From Antedon mediterranea (lineage: Eukaryota > Animalia > Echinodermata), in NCBI RefSeq assembly GCF_964355755.1, contig NC_092677.1, positions 10,934,101-10,998,100 of the forward strand: a DNA stretch of 64,000 nt, in the 5' to 3' direction. Below are positions 61,330 to 64,000 of the stretch, one piece after another (the stretch's first letter is position 1; each line of letters starts with the position of its first letter). A program made the translations under genes and the position numbers. The notes under the pieces are model-generated. The model saw only the letters and a list, made by a program, of their open reading frames with translations, searched no databases and was not told the DNA's origin.

Positions 61330-61416
61330 GTGTAATATGGTAACATGTATGTCAAATAAATACCTCCTTGATGAACAAAAATAAATCTCGAATAAAGATG
61401 GTACAGTATGGCTCTG

Positions 61417-62400
61417 CAGAGCCATATATATAAAGAGTTAAGCTATATCTACACTATCAAACTAGTTTGACAAACAAAGTGTGATGTGCCCAAATATGGT
61501 AGTGATATGACATCATTATGTCCATAATGGAAACATCACATTTTTTTGTCACATAAAGTTTGATAGTGTAGACAGAGCTTTACGACATTGAAAATTAGAA
61601 ACCATTTTTGTGTCAAAGAATTCGCACGCTGAGGGCGCGCGCGTCTCTTTTGTATAGCGTTTTCCTATTAGTTCATGCATTATTTTTAGATTTTGTTGTC
61701 AATGAAATAACGCTTAGATTCCGTTTTTATTTTTGTAAATAATTTTATTAATGGTATTGATTTGTTAAAAATATATATATATTTGTTATAATAACAAACA
61801 AATAAATGCTAGGGCCTACATGGAAGTTTAAGGATACATCAAAGAATGAACCAATACAAAAAACAAACAAATTCACCCCTATTTTTATGCAGTATATGGC
61901 TCTCTGTGTGTTTTTTACACAAACTGCGCCGCCAACGTTATTAACATTCAAAGACTCGTTCATCATTTCATTTGTAATAATTTGCCTTTATTATTTTAAT
62001 ATTGTTCATATCCTTTTCAGTATATTAACAAATATATCCTCAACACATTATTATTTTATTTAGTCATCAAAGCATGCATTATGAATTGAAAATATTACAT
62101 AATTTTTATTAATAGGACGTAGTTATGGGATGTTTTGTTCCAAAATCAATCAATAGAACGTTATAATGTACTAACGCACGCGCGCGCAATATTCTTTGGC
62201 GCAAGTACTTCTGTACGCTGTGCACGTCGATATTTTACCGTAAAATGTGCAATTACATTTTTTTAAATATAGGAAAAAGTTGAAAGTATTTTGTTGCTCC
62301 TATACTTTACATGCATTAATGGAGACAAGTTTGACACATTTTGATCTGCATATCACGTGACTATAATCCAATGCCGTAACTCTTTATATATATGGCTCTG
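61417..62400. mobile_element. Non-autonomous DNA transposon with a CAG-initiated TIR and 8-bp TSD (hAT-like), with a MITE nested in its left TIR
   Basis: TIR CAGAGCCATATATATAAAGAGTTA[MITE]CGACATTG versus CAATGCCGTAACTCTTTATATATATGGCTCTG; TGGCTCTG at 61409-61416 and 62401-62408. Confidence 0.8.
61441..61579. mobile_element. Harbinger-type MITE copy with a clear TTA TSD
   Basis: TTA|agctatatctacactatcaaac ... gtttgatagtgtagacagagct|TTA; removing it restores the host TIR. Confidence 0.9.
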
Positions 62401-63725
62401 TGGCTCTGAGAGCAAGAGCGCCCTCACTTGTTTGGTGTGTGGTGGGTAGCTGATCATACTGGAGGTGCGGTCCTATTATACAACACGTCTTCGGACGTCG
62501 TGTGGACGTATTTCACAGTTATCAAGAGCTCATCATATGCAATTTATTTCCAGTTAATGCCATAAATCAAAATCCGTGCAATTACTCCCACTATGATCCA
62601 TTAGGCTATTATTAACCTCTAACTTGGCCTAAGTGTAATAGGCTACTACTATAGTTAATATTAAGAAACATTCATTATCGAATTGTAAAAACAGTAGGCC
62701 TTATAAACCAGGCTACCAATATCTAACAAAAACTGATTAAATCGGAAATATACCGTAAATACGCAACAACCAGACATCATTCTACATCAAACTTTAGTCG
62801 GATATTATAGTACAGTCTGACAGAGGACAAAGCTTGCCTATAGGATCTAGCTAACCACCATTCAAACACATTGATCAATTTATATGTGCATTCAAATACT
62901 ATTAAACTTACATAAATAAACATGTAACCTCAAGATAGTGAATAAACTCAATTATCCGTATTTTCCGCACCTGTATTAACTATGCAAATACAAACAAAAT
63001 GGAGTAGCGCCCTCTCTCTGTATCATTCACCCCGTTAAGCTTATTCTTTATCATCCGTTTTTTAATTGTTCCTTGCTAACCCGTCCTCTCTTTATTGAGA
63101 ACATCGCAACATCATGCCATGTGTGTATTCTCTACACACCAAAACTTACATTTTCAACCAACTTTTTATTACTTTAAAAGACGTGTTGTGCAATTTGTGT
63201 AACAAATCTAGTCGTAATAAATAGCCATGAAGTATAGGCCTAATTGGCTTAAATTCGATTTAATTTTTTGTTTGGTTGCCTACTGAACATCGTTCGTTGA
63301 TACGCTTTTTGGTAATTTATGCGAAAGAAAAAAGTCTCTGTCTATAAAGAGTATTGAAAATGTTTTTTCGAGAATGTTATTTTTTTCGGTAAATTTCCGT
63401 AACGTTTAAAAAACATACGTATTTCCACCTACATAGTATTTCATACAAACCATAGTTACGAGGTAAATACCATGGACAAATAATTATAATATTATTAATA
63501 TACTTATTTCTCCATGTTCAAAGATTACTAATTCGAATTGTTCACTCAAAAACGCAATCAAACTCCACGAGATATTGCCCATTCTTCATTCGTTCGTTCG
63601 AAAATGTAATATAAAACACACAATTGAAAATAGTTTAATTTATTTCTGCAACAATACATGACTTAAATATTTAACATACAACAAAAATAATGAAAAGTAT
63701 AACTAATGTTTCCATTCCAGACAAA

Positions 63726-63905
63726 ACACAAGGACGTAGACGCAAGGCAGGCAACCAATGACAAGCGACTGTTTGAATAATCCATCGCTTGTGATTGGTC
63801 GACTCGCTTAAGCGTGGTTCCCACTAGCGACGCAACACAAGGACGTAACGCAACGCAAGTGAATTGACCAATCACAAGCGATGGCTTATTCGCTTGTGAT
63901 TGTAA
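63726..63905. mobile_element. Fragments of the GCGTGGTTCCCACTAGC MITE family
   Basis: Matches the TIR and interior motifs seen at 18504-18850. Confidence 0.55.
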
Positions 63906-64000
63906 TAAATTACCATTCCCTAACATATAGAGTAACATAGTATTTACATGAACATTCTAGAATAAGATGTTTTGATTTAATAAACCATGTATAATTAATA

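Overview
AT-rich eukaryotic (invertebrate animal-like) genomic DNA with GT-AG spliced genes; there is no prokaryotic content. Bases 1-~15957 are a satellite array, truncated at the window start, built from two palindromic modules (A, 89 bp; B, ~107 bp). All short ORFs called there are artefacts. A spliced DHRS1-like short-chain dehydrogenase gene follows on the minus strand (16183-28590). Its 8.8-kb second coding intron holds two same-strand, intronless, ~1000-aa paralogues with a coiled-coil + four filamin/Ig-like repeats + NHL-propeller architecture; one has a B-box and neither has a RING. Next come a CCDC90B/MCUR1-like gene (-) head-to-head with UBE2C (+) across a 228-bp CCAAT/CHR-type promoter, and a 16.5-kb RANBP9/10-like gene (-). 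Introns and intergenic DNA carry many non-autonomous elements (Harbinger-type MITEs, elements with 9-bp and 8-bp TSDs, a Helentron/DINE-like element, tRNA-derived SINEs) and minisatellites. The best candidates for novelty are the nested RING-less multi-filamin TRIM-NHL-like pair and the all-palindromic two-module satellite. Exon boundaries were read by eye, and gene identities rest on remembered family motifs, not database searches.
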